A stretch of DNA of 64,000 nucleotides, taken from assembly GCA_022813965.1 (NCBI GenBank), contig JALDZS010000022.1:124001-188000 (forward strand), written 5' to 3'. The DNA is from Toensbergia leucococca. Taxonomy: Eukaryota. Positions 1-12,515 of this stretch are shown in pieces. The position numbers were made by a program, and so were the translations under genes. The notes below the pieces were generated by a model. The model ran no database searches, was not told the origin of the DNA, and worked only from the letters and a program-made list of their open reading frames with translations. Within the stretch, counting starts at the first letter, position 1. The number at the start of each line of letters is the position of its first letter.

Positions 1-385
1 CTGTAGATCATGTACCTTTCATAGGTAGGCAGTGACAGCCCAACCTACGGCTTCTCTACAATTGGGCAGTGGGACACCCAAGCCCGTAATGTAGGTAGCT
101 CCGTAGGGTAGGTAGGTAGCTCAGTAGATTGACATTCCATAAATCCCACTCTATTTGCTAAGCCCTACATGCCCTCCCCTGCCCTTCCTTGATTAGGCAC
201 CTAGGTAGGTAGGTAGTCACGAGGAAATCACAACTCCCCTCCTCCGGGAGGTCCGTCGTTCATTTAGGTAGACAAGCCAGCGCTTATTTTAAAAGCGCTT
301 ACAACCCCCACATTAAATCCCCCCTTTCCCGGTCCGGGTCCCCGTGGTTCCCTTATTTTCTACCTAGTCTTGGTTACACAGAAGC

Positions 386-417
386 TAGGTAGGTAGGTAG
401 GTAGGTAGGTAGGTAGG
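386..417. repeat. (TAGG)8 microsatellite; shorter TAGG runs scattered over 1-500
   Basis: taggtaggtagg... read directly; (TAGAG)3 follows at 436-450. Confidence 0.95.
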
Positions 418-763
418 AATGACACCTTGGCAAGCTAGAGTAGAGTAGAGTGCAATCGGCCCCGGGAACTAGGGATAAGTAAGTAGGTAGGTGTAATGTT
501 TTGGAGCTAGGTGGTTTTGTTTTAGCTGGAGGGGAAGGACGGGGGATAGCTAGTTGCTACCTCGATGGATTGGGGTTTGGAGGTTTGAGTTTTTTTGAGG
601 GGTTGGGTTTGAGTTGATGGTTTCTGAAGACTGAGGTGCCTGAGTCAGAGTGAGTGATGTGAGCTTTTGAGGCTTTTGAGCTTGCGAGTGAATGGAGGGC
701 TGGGTTGAGGGCTGAGGCTGAGGCTGAGGGTGAGTTTTTGAGGGGCGGTTGATTTGTTTCTCC

Positions 764-786
764 TTTTTTTTTTTTTTTTTTTTTTT
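764..786. repeat. poly(T) tract, 23 nt
   Basis: Homopolymer read directly. Confidence 0.95.
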
Positions 787-1574
787 GGGTTGAGGGATTG
801 ATGGTGAGTGAGGGGTTTTTTATGTTTGTGAAAGGGTAGGCAAGGGAAGGGAGGTTGAAGGCTGATGAGTGAGAGGGCGGGGGATCTTGTTGATAGAGAC
901 TGAGTGAGATATTTGAGAAGTTTGCTTAAAGAATTTAAAGAGATGGAATTCAGATGAGAGGAGATGATCGAATACATCAATTCCTTTTTCAGAATATTTT
1001 CTTCTACTTTTTTCATCAGTGCTTAATTTCTCAATTCTCTCACCCTTATCATCACACCTTCCCTCACACAAAAAACAACTCAAACCCCGCCTCTCTCAGC
1101 TTCTTCTCACAAAAAACACACAGATCGCAGCACAGCAGTGAGACAAAGAAGTAAGCCGGTGAAAGAATCATCTTATTCTTCTATTTTTGAAATAACTTGT
1201 GACTTTTTTTGATGAATTTTCAACGGGGCAATTTTTTTGAACTGAAAAGAGGGATCGAGGAGAGAGAGGAAGAAGGAGAGTGGGGGGGTGAAATGTATGT
1301 GTGGTTTTTTGAGGAGGAGAAAAAAAATGAAAGAAATAAAGAATAATCAAAGGAGACTGATATCAATGATTCAAGGTAGATCTAGGTACTGATAACATTA
1401 TGGCAACAATCAGGGAAATGCAGTAAACATAAGAACGGGGTGGGTGTTTGAAAACTAGAGAGCTTTTTAGAGATGGTAACAGGAACGAGAATGCATTTAC
1501 ATCTTCTTTCCCTGCTAAAAAAAAGCCAATGGATAATCTAGACAACGCAGCCCTATCTCTAACTCCCAACTCCC

Positions 1575-3733
1575 TCAATCCCTCCACATCCCCAAACCAT
1601 CGTCTGCGACCCCTTCCTCCCAATCCTCGGCGCCATCATCGCCCTTCCCGCCCCCATCTCCACTCTTCCGCGCTTCCTCTTTCCCCGGCCCCTTACCCCC
1701 CACTGCATTCCTTTTTACCCACATGGACAACCTGGCCTTCCTCTCCATGCACCCTTGCTTCTCAGCCCGAGACAGATCCTCCCTCCCAACAGCCAAAACA
1801 TTATCATACCCACCAATCATGCCCTTGGCCAGCTCCATCACTTCCTCAAACTTTTTCCCTTTCTCGCCGCTGCCGCGTCCGTAGGCCCCGAAAAGGCTCT
1901 TCCAATTGGCAACGCAAAGCTCCATGTCGGTCAACGTTGTCAGTAGAACCCTCCAGGATGCAGTCTTCGAAACTGGATCAGTCATCACCGCCCGGGTAAG
2001 AGCGAGATACATGCCCAGTGCCTTGGCGTCAGGCTCCTCTAGCGTCTCTTGCATGATCCGCACCAAACGCCCCGCGTACCTCATGACGTTCGGATTTTTC
2101 TTGTCCCTGACGCAACAACTCAGAGCGATGCGGAATGTCTTCGGTGCCAGCATTTTTTTGCTCCCATACTCAATACGTTTCATATCTTCTACTAGCTCAA
2201 CGGCGAGCTTGCTGGCGCGTTGGACGCGGATGAGGCGTAGATACATGTGGTAATTTTCAGCGTCGGGAATGATGTTGTATCCTGATGGGTCCGTAAGAAT
2301 ACCCCAGTAATCTTGAGCGGCGCGAATGGCCTTCATTCGGATGCAAGCGTCGAGAACCAGGGAGAGGGTGCTGCGGTGGGGGTGAGCGTAGCTGATGGCT
2401 TCGATGGAGCCTGTTTTGCGATTGCGATACGAGTATTTGGAAATGTCGATTGGGGTGATTTCGGGTTGGGCCTGGTCTTCGAAAGGTTCGGAGGAAGGCG
2501 AATCTTTTGCATTCTCCTCCTGTGTAAAAGAAAATTTCGAAGGGGCAGAGAAATCGTCCGGTGCGAAGTCGTCAGACAAAGAAGTGGGAAGATCACGAGT
2601 GAAGGGAAGATTCTGGGGAAGAGGAGACTCAATTCTACGAGCCGGGTCACTTAGACGAGGCACTTGTCGTGGAATAGCCATTGTTTGCTCAACGAGGGAA
2701 AGCACATCATCATGGTCCTGCGAGGTAGTACCTAGTAAGAGCATGCTTCCCATGGCAGAAACCAGCACGCTATCCATCATCATTTCACCCCGCCGCCATC
2801 GTTGGATAATGTCCTCCCACATTCTCCGAGCTTGAAGTACCGATCGTTGCCTTCTAGCAGCCTTCTCCTCGGGAGTTGCATCCATTAGTCTTTTAGTCCA
2901 AACATCGGTCCGAACAGCGTTGAAAATGGTTGTGAATGTTGCATTATTAGCGGCACCCTTGCCGTGATCAGGAAGTTTCGCAGCGATTCCCCACATGGAG
3001 TCCAAGTCTCCCGCAAAAGAACAAACTTTGAGAACGGCATTCGTGTGTATAATTGAGGGTCTGACAGGACTTCCGTCGGCGTGTATGGAGTGGTAAATGG
3101 AAAGAGCACGGGGAAGGGATAGGGGATAATTAGTGTGCCAGGCAAGGCCACGAAGTAGAATAGTATATGTATAGGCATCGGGAGGCTGGGCACGTTTTTT
3201 CATCTATAAATGTTTAGTACGGAGAAGACAAAGATAGGTCGAAAGGTCCATACCTCGTTATAGGACTTTAGTGCAGCTGCTACTTTCCCCTTACTCATAT
3301 CATAGTCAATGATATGATTCCAGCTGACGGTGCAGGCCACATCCCTACTTCCAAGCCTGACTATTTCCAGCGCTTTCTCCCGTTGATCTTTCTTCAACAG
3401 ATCTACGGTGTGGTTTGCAAGCTTCAGAGGGTCCTTTAGATAGCGTAATTCTTGCTCCAGGCCAATCCTGTTCGCATCATCGTTACCCATGACATGGTGC
3501 TCGCTCTCACCCTTCCATTTCCTGCCATCAGAGCCAGTTATTTTTGATGGGAGCTGTGACTGAATCGGCTGTTGAATGGCAGCGGCTGTGGTAGCGTAGC
3601 TGCGGCGCAGGCATGGTCTGGATGGTACAAAGCGTGGCGTGGAAATACGTTGGGGCGTTGGTCGAGCAGAGGTCAAGACGTCGGCAAAAAGGGCTCGAAT
3701 ACATGTGTGGATACAAGCATGGCAGTCGAACAT
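1575..3733 (-). CDS. Pentatricopeptide-repeat (PPR) protein, probably mitochondrial; 2 exons, intron 3204-3253
   Basis: PPR motifs (TVSWNHIIDYDM..AALKSYNE|MKKRAQPPDAYTYTILLRGL; PSIIHTNAVLKVC). A GT..AG intron joins ORFs 3200-3775 and 1575-3203 in frame. Arg/Ser-rich N-terminus (RRSYATTAA) looks like a presequence. ATG at 3733. Confidence 0.85.
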
Positions 3734-4645
3734 TGAAGTCGGTTGAATTCGTAGAGTCAAGATGTTCCAAAGCATGCAGCTTTAAATTCCGAGGCTCTCG
3801 GATAGAATCGAAGTATTCTAGAGCTAGTCGGATTGGGCCTCGGCAAAAGAACATAGAATATGTTTCATCTTCCCCTCCTGTTACACAGAATACATCAGTC
3901 ATCATGGTCAGTCACCTAATGCTTTGACTTGCTTAGCTCTCAACCTTGATGCTTCTACTCATGTACTTTCAATCAAATATATACGGTTGACTAAGGGGGT
4001 TGGGGATTTTGTATCCTGGTATTTGAGAGAATTGAGTAGGTAGTATCTTTCGGGTAAGATGGATTTTTAATAGGATGAGAGGGGAGAGGGACGAGACCGT
4101 GGAGTAAATGGGATAGCGAATTGATGGGCATTAAAGTTTGTTGATAGAATGTAGTGCGGTAAATTGTTCGCAGGAAACGAGACGTAGGCTTCAAAAATCC
4201 AAAGGCGATTCCTCAAAACAAACTTGTGGGATGCTGATTTGGGAGGAGGTTCGTTCCCACAAGCAAAACGAATATCTGGCTAAGCCAGAAGCCGATAACC
4301 TTTGTGACCCAGGTCTGCTTAAATCCCGCCAAATGTGCTTTGCTGCTACCAGCAACGAGCAAAAGCACCCTCATATTTAAATGACCCTGGTGTTGCTAAG
4401 GGCATGCAACCGTGATCCATCCTCTAGCAGTTTTAGATCCTCCGCGACATAGAAAATGGAAAGAAAGACTCCGACCGCAATGCATCTAAAGAAACCCCAC
4501 CCGGTTCCCCTGCCTAATAAATCCCCGTCCTGGCCCCCACCTATCCAGGTCCGAAATTCCAGATGAACTGTGCATCGATTGTTGTATGTTCGCGCAATGA
4601 TGCAATGTAGTAAGCCGCAAATGCTAATGCAACGCTTGCAAGGAG

Positions 4646-6554
4646 TCATAAGACTATACATGAACTATTCGACGACCTACTTCGCCAGTCGTGCATGTCA
4701 GTTTTCATTCTCCGGCAGTAACATCTATTTGCACTGTTGCTTGTAGTTCATCATCTTCCTCTGAATCATTCGATTCGTCAGGAGACTCCGAAGCCCCTAG
4801 TTCGTCCCTTTTGCATTCGACCCATGGTTAGATATCGGATTGCCAGCCGAACACGAGCGAGCGGTTATGAGAGCAAGAACGCTGCATGAAAAACGTGCTA
4901 CGTACCATCGTTGTGCTTCTATTCTCCGTACCCACCGCGCCGTAATCTTCAATCTCTCTCTGACACTCGTTGTTGGTAGCAGCTTGTATTTCTCTTCATC
5001 AGCGATGGGAAGAATACTGGCGAACCAGTACGGGAACAAGGCTGGATCTGCAGGCGGCGATCCGTACGAGACAATGACCCTTTCATGTAACCACGGTGCC
5101 GATGCGGCACGCATGCGGGCAACGAAGTCTAGACCAATGTGTAAAAGTTGACTCGTGGGCATATGGTCAAGCTGCGCGGTAAGATCATTACTTGGCGGAG
5201 GCAAGCCGCTTGTCTCTAGTGCTTCAATCTGCTCTTCCTCGACTAGTGAGATGTCGTCGATGCGCTCAACGTTGCCAATTGTATATCCATCCAACATACC
5301 CCAATGCTTGACCCTGAATCTTGATATTCCTCGAGTTTCAATCAGACTCCGACCATCCGGCATCATCTCCAAGCTCACAATATGAAGTAACGTGCCATAT
5401 TGCATGAATTGCGTAGACCCTAGATCGCCTTGAGGTTCGCCCCTCCGATTGTACGGTACCATGCCAAATTTTCGATCTCCGCTTTCAATGGCACGTCTCA
5501 TCATAAGGCGATACCGAGGCTCGAAGATGTGTAAGAAGGTTGGCATGCTGGGGTATGCAAGCGAAACCACGAAGAGGGGAATATTTCTCTCCCCAATCAA
5601 ATCCACCTCCTCCTGCGCAACGGCCTCTGCCCTGGAAGCCACGAGATCAGGGCAAACTCCGATCAAGAGATTTGAAAGTCGTTTATTGCTGGGATAATTC
5701 TCGATCTGTGGCGGCATGGGTAGATTCCGGCGGCAAATGGGACAAAGATTCGAGTGATCAAGGACTCGAGCAACACATTTCCGACAGAATGTATGCCCAC
5801 ACGGTGTTGTCAGCGGGTCCAACATCAATGCATAACACACTTGACAGTCGAGCTCATTCTTGGTGACGTCCTTCAGATGATCCAACATGGCCACATCGAG
5901 GTAGACGTAATTCTCTCCTATCGGCGACATTGTCTGATATGATACCTCCGAGGTATATCTGAGTTCGCCAATCTCAGCCATTGTATATGTAGCCACCAGT
6001 CGTCCACCATTTAGAACCCTTGACCGAGATGAATTCTTGTCTTTTGAGCTGTCAACAATGTTTTTCCAGTGCAATCTCTCATCCAGTAAAGTAGGTGTGT
6101 TTATTGTAAGAGGTCTGCAACGTGAAACCTCGATGCTCACTCTCTCCATGACCTTCGAGAGAGTCACGTCTTGGCTGCAGTCGCCCATTGCATGATCTAA
6201 AGCACAATCCGAAAATGGGCAGGTAAAGCCATCTTGACGGCCCGGGGTCATTGGATAGGTTATGTTTTCTCTTCGGTGTAACTCTGGCAAGCAGGTGCGA
6301 CATAGAGAATTGCCACAAGGTAAAGTCAAAGGGAATCGTAGCGGGAGAGAACATTGCGAGCACTGAACCAGGCGGACGATAGCCCTCGCATCGATATGGG
6401 CGTCGACATCCTGGGAGGAAGCTTGATTTTGGTCTTGATGCATGGAATTTTCGCCCACCAAATCACTGGAATGCAAGGCAGCGCGGTCCGACTGCCCGTC
6501 TGCGCTGTCCGCTGCACCGGCGGAAGAAACGCCTGTCCTCTCGCAGGCATTCAT
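4646..6554 (-). CDS. crgA: Two RING fingers + LON N-terminal substrate-binding domain protein (CrgA/LONRF-like) with C-terminal CaaX; intron 4677-4905; start uncertain (6554 or 6443)
   Basis: CSQC..LPCGNSLCRTC and CQVC..TPCGHTFCRKC..CPIC RINGs. LON domain (PTFLHIFEPRYRLMMRR). Spliced last exon encodes WSSNSSCIVL*. Confidence 0.85.
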
Positions 6555-7648
6555 CCAAATTAGGATGTTGTATGTCGTTCTGTTTCCTCCATGCGACAAG
6601 GACACGCACACGCTGCAATGGAGGTGAGGATTTTGAAGTGGATTGGTGCGACAAAAATCGGTGAGTTTGACAAGTCTATGAAGTCATAGATCTGGGCACG
6701 TGAGATGCGATGCCCCAGTGTGGGCAGACAAGAGACCAGGAGACAGCAGACAGGGAGCTTTGGCGCTTCCACAGAGAAGAATGGATCGCAGTCTTAGTAA
6801 TAAGTCTGATGCTTTAAAGCAGGAACATATGCACTATCACTGGACCGCAGATTCGGTGATGAGAAGACCATGGCAAAGTGTGACGACAACTCCACTATGT
6901 CACAATATCGATCTGCAGTAGCATATGTCCAAGGGTGCTTGCTACTGAAGCCTTCATTGGATTCGATTTTTCATGATCGAGACTGCATATCAATGACTGG
7001 TACATGTCGAATCGTCATCGTGTCGAGCCCGCCGCTATTTACCACACTTCGCTAGAGTCTTTAAATGGGTAAGTAGGTAGGTAGTAAAGGTAGTGTCCTC
7101 ATAAGATAGGGTGACATGAACATGATAGAAATTACGGGTTTTTTAGCCTCAGCTTTGAGCATACGAGCACTCTTACCTCCCACGGTAAGACATGTCGACA
7201 GCATTACACTTACTTTCGTGATGATGACATCTGCGAGGCCTGTTCCGTCTCAATCACAACTCAACTCCAAGCATGAAGAACAGTAGAATGCAAGAATAGC
7301 TTGAGCATCCTCAAGCTCCCGTACTTACGGGCGTTAGGGCAACGTCTCGGATACCCCGACCGATGCCAATCAGCGCCCCTTTCGGTGTCTTGCCTAAAAT
7401 CATCCGCGTGTATGTAAGGTAGGCACAGAGGCACACTTCGCTGAACGGACTCCATTGCCGCACATGTCAACCAACAGCTTTATATAATCGCCTCATTTAT
7501 GCAAAGCATCCGCCTTCCGTAATGTGACATGGTAATGCTCCAAATCCAATCTTTCCCAACACCAGCGCTTATGCTAAAGTATCATTCCACATTCGTCTTC
7601 ATAATTCTATCCCCTACCTCAAACCCTCGTAACATGTCTATGCGCCTC

Positions 7649-10600
7649 TCAGTCGTCATCCAAGTCATCTTCGAGAACAATCTGTCTCATGACGCTTTTG
7701 TCGAACAATTCCATGACGAAACGACGCACTGGCAACCGGTATGCGTGACTTTCGAGGATCAACATGATTTTACGGAACAACGGTACAGAGCTAAAGTACT
7801 CTGGCTTCTTGGCCTTGATACTGTCATGGCATGAGCTAAGACTGCGGGAACCAGTGAACATGCTTACCCGTAGAGATCACCAGCTGCTTTCTTTGTAAGC
7901 ACCGTGTTAGCAAGGTCGACGGCCAAGCTAAGAATGCGGGCGTTGATGGGATCTTCATCGCTGACCGTACTCTTCAGATTTGTTCGAACAGCGAGCTCGA
8001 CGTCTTGTTCGAGACTGGCAATTTGTATGTTCGTCTGCTTATCATCAGCATCGTTCTTTCGGAGCGGTCATTCAACACGTCTTGCTGACATACCGAGAAG
8101 AGACTACCCAAATTTGGGGGAAGACAGTAACCAAGCGATTTACCGAGGTAATTGGTCGTCGTGGTCCAGCCATGCTCTGCGAGAATCTCAAGGCCATGCA
8201 GGCTGCGAGAGATTAGTCCGAGAACGAAGAAAGCAGTACCTCTCATGGTCATGACTGCCGAATTGACTGCTATTCTGATGATCCACGTGGCAATATCTGT
8301 CGCTTCCAGGAAAGGTGCTCCAAGCTCCATTGAGCCCACATTGCCCACAGCCCATAGGCAGCCCTTGACCTTGAGCATAATTTCAAGGTCCTCATACTCT
8401 GACCAAAACTCTTGAATTGTGGCAACAAACTCTCCAAAATGGCCAGATTCTCCTAAAAGCTTACAACCTTCGGATGTTCTGGTGAGCTCTCGATAGAAAT
8501 GAGGGGGCACAAGTCCAAACGCCAAGGAGTTAGTCGACTCGTCAAGATTAGATTTTGGACGTTCTGATATGTCCGAGAACGCGCGACACAAGGAAGCTTC
8601 CACCAGAGTCACATATGTGTCATTACGGCCCTTCGCCACATTAGACACGTTATGGTGAAATCAACATGGTAGCTCACAAGAAACCAATCATCCATTTCTT
8701 GTGTTATATAATCCAGACCGTCGAGATATTGATATCCCAATGATGTAGACAAGAACCTTGGCCGTCAGTGGATCTAATACGAAATTTTCTGGATTAGTGC
8801 TTACCGAAGAAGCAAAGGCGCTCCTATTTCGCCCAAATGATCTAAAGCTGGGCGACATTTCACGACGTACTCGAGATGTAGCCTTCGATTGCATGCTTCT
8901 TCTAGGATTTGGATGGCCACTTCACATACCTCGACCTCTGGATCGTAGAGTTGTGTGACTAGAAGACGGATAGCCCACTCCGAGCACTCCATTTCCGTCT
9001 CTTTATTACTATTGGCTTCTGGCGGCCTTGTGGCATATTGACGTAGAATCTTGGTAGAGTAAATGCGAATATTCTAGATAGCTTTAGCACAGTTTCTTCA
9101 ATGAGCGGTAGTTGTTATAGTACCTTGGGACAGGCAGTAAGTGCTTTGGATAACATGACCCGGAGATGGCTATCTCTGTTGAAATTAGCCTGGTAATATC
9201 TTTCTAGGAGTCTGACGCACAATGAGAAATCCATGCTGCCAAGTAGGATTTTAATAAGATCATCTCTTTCTACTAGATCCATTATATGGTAAAACATGTT
9301 GATCATTCGCCAGCGCTCAAGCATCTGGAGCCCTTTTGGATCACTACTTAAGGCGCCTAGCAGTGCGAAATAACCTCCCGTCAACGTTTCTGAGACTCGA
9401 TAGGGGGAGAATAGTGGCGAAGTCGAGGTCAATCCACTCATCTAGACATTTTGGTCAATCTATTGATGTTCCGGCCGAGTTCAATAGTGTTCTGAATCCT
9501 CTGCAAAAATAAAGTCTTGACACCTAGAGATTTGGGGAAGGTACCTTATCGAGCTGAGCAAGACACTCGGCCAGCTGCCTCAAGAGTTTACTCTCCGTGA
9601 GATAGGATATACCCTCTGGGTTCTGTAACAATGATTTGAGCAGTGCACAGCCTGTTCGGACGTATCGTTGGTTAGGTTTCGTATTCTTAGCATCTGAAAA
9701 TCTCCACTTGAAAGGTCGATAAAATCCTACAAGCCGCTTCAAAAACTTAGTGGTCTTAATGGCCTCGTCAAGCCGTCTTGGGTTCAGCAATGGTCCCTCA
9801 ATGAGATCATTGATAAGATCCCATTTCCATTTTAAATAATTCACCGTCGCAAGCACTTGCGTGTCTAGGAGAAGAGATCGAAATTGGATGTCGTCCATGT
9901 CGATACTCAACTTCGACTTTACAGGATCGCTCGATCGGGCCAAGCTGGCGGAGTCTCGATTCCTGGAAGATGGCCCTAAAGCCGCCTTGGAAGATAGGCC
10001 AGATCGATGCAACGTGCGGTTGACACTGTCAATTTGGAAAATCATGCCGGTGGCCGATGAAAAGTTGTCAGATTCCTCTTGCGACGCCGACATTAGTAAT
10101 GTAGGCATGACCTGCAAATCAGCGCTGGCACTTCCAGGTAGGGAATCATTCGCAAGCTTCAGTACTTCTCCTAGAAGCAGTGTTGCTTTTCTCCTTTGTG
10201 TGATATCTGTCGCGTCTTCGATCAAGTCAGATAAAGCCTGAATACCAGGTCAGCGATTATTTCTAATTAAATAAGCACCGGAGGACTACCTTGATCAATC
10301 CACAATGAATCAATACAGCCAAGATGAGAGCTCTAAAATGTTCCACTAGGCTAAAATGGCTGCCATCCTCCTCAAGATTCATTCTGAAAGCGGTACCAGA
10401 AGGTCCTGCCTCGAGCTTTGCGACTCGGCCATATGTAGTTAGTCTTCGCCCAGCTAGGAACGAGGATGACCACGAGGGGGGCTTGATGTGCAAGATGTCG
10501 AAGAGTAAATCTAATAGCAAGTCTCGAGCAAAAGGTGCTGGATAATACAAAGAAACCAGGAGAGACCTGATTGCTGCAAAATTGCCTCTGGAAAGAGCGA

Positions 10601-12020
10601 AAATGCCAGGCCACGTTTTCAAGATCACAGCAATAGACCTCGCACATGACTTGAGCCTCTCCTCGTGCTCGTGCACAGCAATAGGGTCAGTGAATGGAGT
10701 GAAAACACCTTCCAATTCGTGGCCTGACTTCAGAAACTTCCGCTGCTGAGGCGTGTCGAGTAAATGTAGGAATGCGATGGCTAAACTTTCAGAGCCATGG
10801 TAGCTACCTTCAGCAAGCGCTTCTGCTAGAGAAGCAATACCTCCAGCTCTCACAACCATTGACGGGTCCCTTATGAGAATTTCTGACAGGGTCAATATAC
10901 TCATACTCCTCAGCCTGTCTTCGTATTGTTCAGCAACAGAAACCACAGTCCGCACTACTGCGTTTGACAGTTCTCGTACTCCGTCTTTCACATCTAAGAA
11001 CGCTCGCACAAATTTGAGAGCTTGCTCGCGTTCAATGCTGGCTTTACTTTCCTTTACCAGCGACAAGATCACAAGACTATCGGTATTTAACCCCCGAATA
11101 ATTTGCAGAGACTTTCGATCAGCGATGGCATGCCTTGTAACCCGGTAGCCAGCGGCAACCACCTCTCTACTCTCACTCAAAAGCATAGTTTGCACACGCA
11201 ACCCAAAGATAGGCCAGGCGAGATCGTACTTCAGAGCCGGATAGCGTTTGAATAATTCAACAAGGCTGTTGGCTCGTTCAACATAGTAGTCGGGCTGCAT
11301 GCCTTCAATTTCTAACGCCTGTAGGATTTCTGCTAGAATAAAGGTCGACGACTCTGACTCAAGGTCCTCGGAAGGCAGCCCTTCATCCAATATCTCATCT
11401 TCTTTCGTCCCAGGTGACCGTAACGGGCTTCCTTGAAACCAGCCTGAGATCTGGGCTCTACTCGGTGTACTTGGACGTTTCGCTTTTTCAATTTCGTCGT
11501 CGAGCTGAGATTTTAAATCGGCAATCTTACGATTAGAGGAACTAAGTTCCGACTCAACTCGCAGTCTTTGGTCCTTGGTCTGCTTCGCATTTTTCGAGAT
11601 GAGGGCTTCAAGCAAGTTCTCCGAGCCAATCTTAATCTTCGTTTCCTTGTTGATTTTGTCTCGGAATTCAGCTTGCCGCTGCTCCGACGTTTGCATAACA
11701 CCCGGAGCCACGTATTCTCCGCTCGTGTATAGGCCAAGATCTGGCCTCGGGGTAGCAATTCGCGGTGTAGTCACAGTCTTCAGATCGGCGCTGAAGCTAC
11801 CAGGCGGTGGACCTAAGGGCGCAAGAGGAGCCCCCCTTGGTCCGAATGCAAAGCCCGAATTAGACTGCGAACGCCCGTCTCTACCGGCTCGTAATGGCGG
11901 GTGCAATCCATCTCCAGCATGCGGGTCCACCGCATCCGGATTCGACATTGAACGACCGTGTTGGGAGAAAGTGTTTTGCGTAGGTGTTACTGACACACCA
12001 TGGTCGGTAGAGGAAGGCAT
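7649..12020 (-). CDS. AVO3: TORC2 subunit Rictor/Avo3 (S. pombe Ste20, pianissimo family), multi-exon
   Basis: N-terminal HR1-like segment (KETKIKIGSENLLEAL). Rictor motifs SSFLAGRRLTTYGR, FLKRLVGFYRPF, WAIRLLVTQLYDP, PPHFYRELTRT, KGCLWAVGNVGS across consecutive minus-strand ORFs separated by short introns. Confidence 0.93.
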
Positions 12021-12515
12021 TGATTCCCATTCAGAGGAAGGCGGTCATCCACCATCGTACAGCCGACATATCTGTTTCATCGGGAGCATCCATTGAAGTA
12101 TCATGAATGTAGACGCACGCAGTGAGCCAGTGTCTTTGAACGAAGAGAGCGGCAACCTCTAAGCGATGACTTGAAGTGAATCTTACAAGTGAGAAAGCGT
12201 CTCCTTTACGAAGTATCTGTCGTCTAGGTGGCGCATTGACTGTGCCTGGATCAATTGATTTGGTGATTTGATGATTTGATGAAATACCTCGACCGTGGCT
12301 TCGATGTGGCTCAACCCGATAGAGTATAATAGGGCTGACTATTCAAATTGAATAATCTTAGCAAGGATTGCGTAGAATAATCGTAGGCGAGTTTTCGCAT
12401 AGAAACGAGTCCGAAGTTGAACAACCTCATAGCGTCGTCTCGAAAACAAGTTGGCGAAATAGTCTATGAGTCGTGAGAGAGAGGGCTCCCTTCGAGTCTT
12501 CATCTTGTTCCAATC

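Noticed and set aside
1448..2835. Numerous antisense/overlapping ORFs within the PPR gene (and similarly within other large genes)
   Set aside because: Shadow frames of real coding sequence with no independent protein signatures
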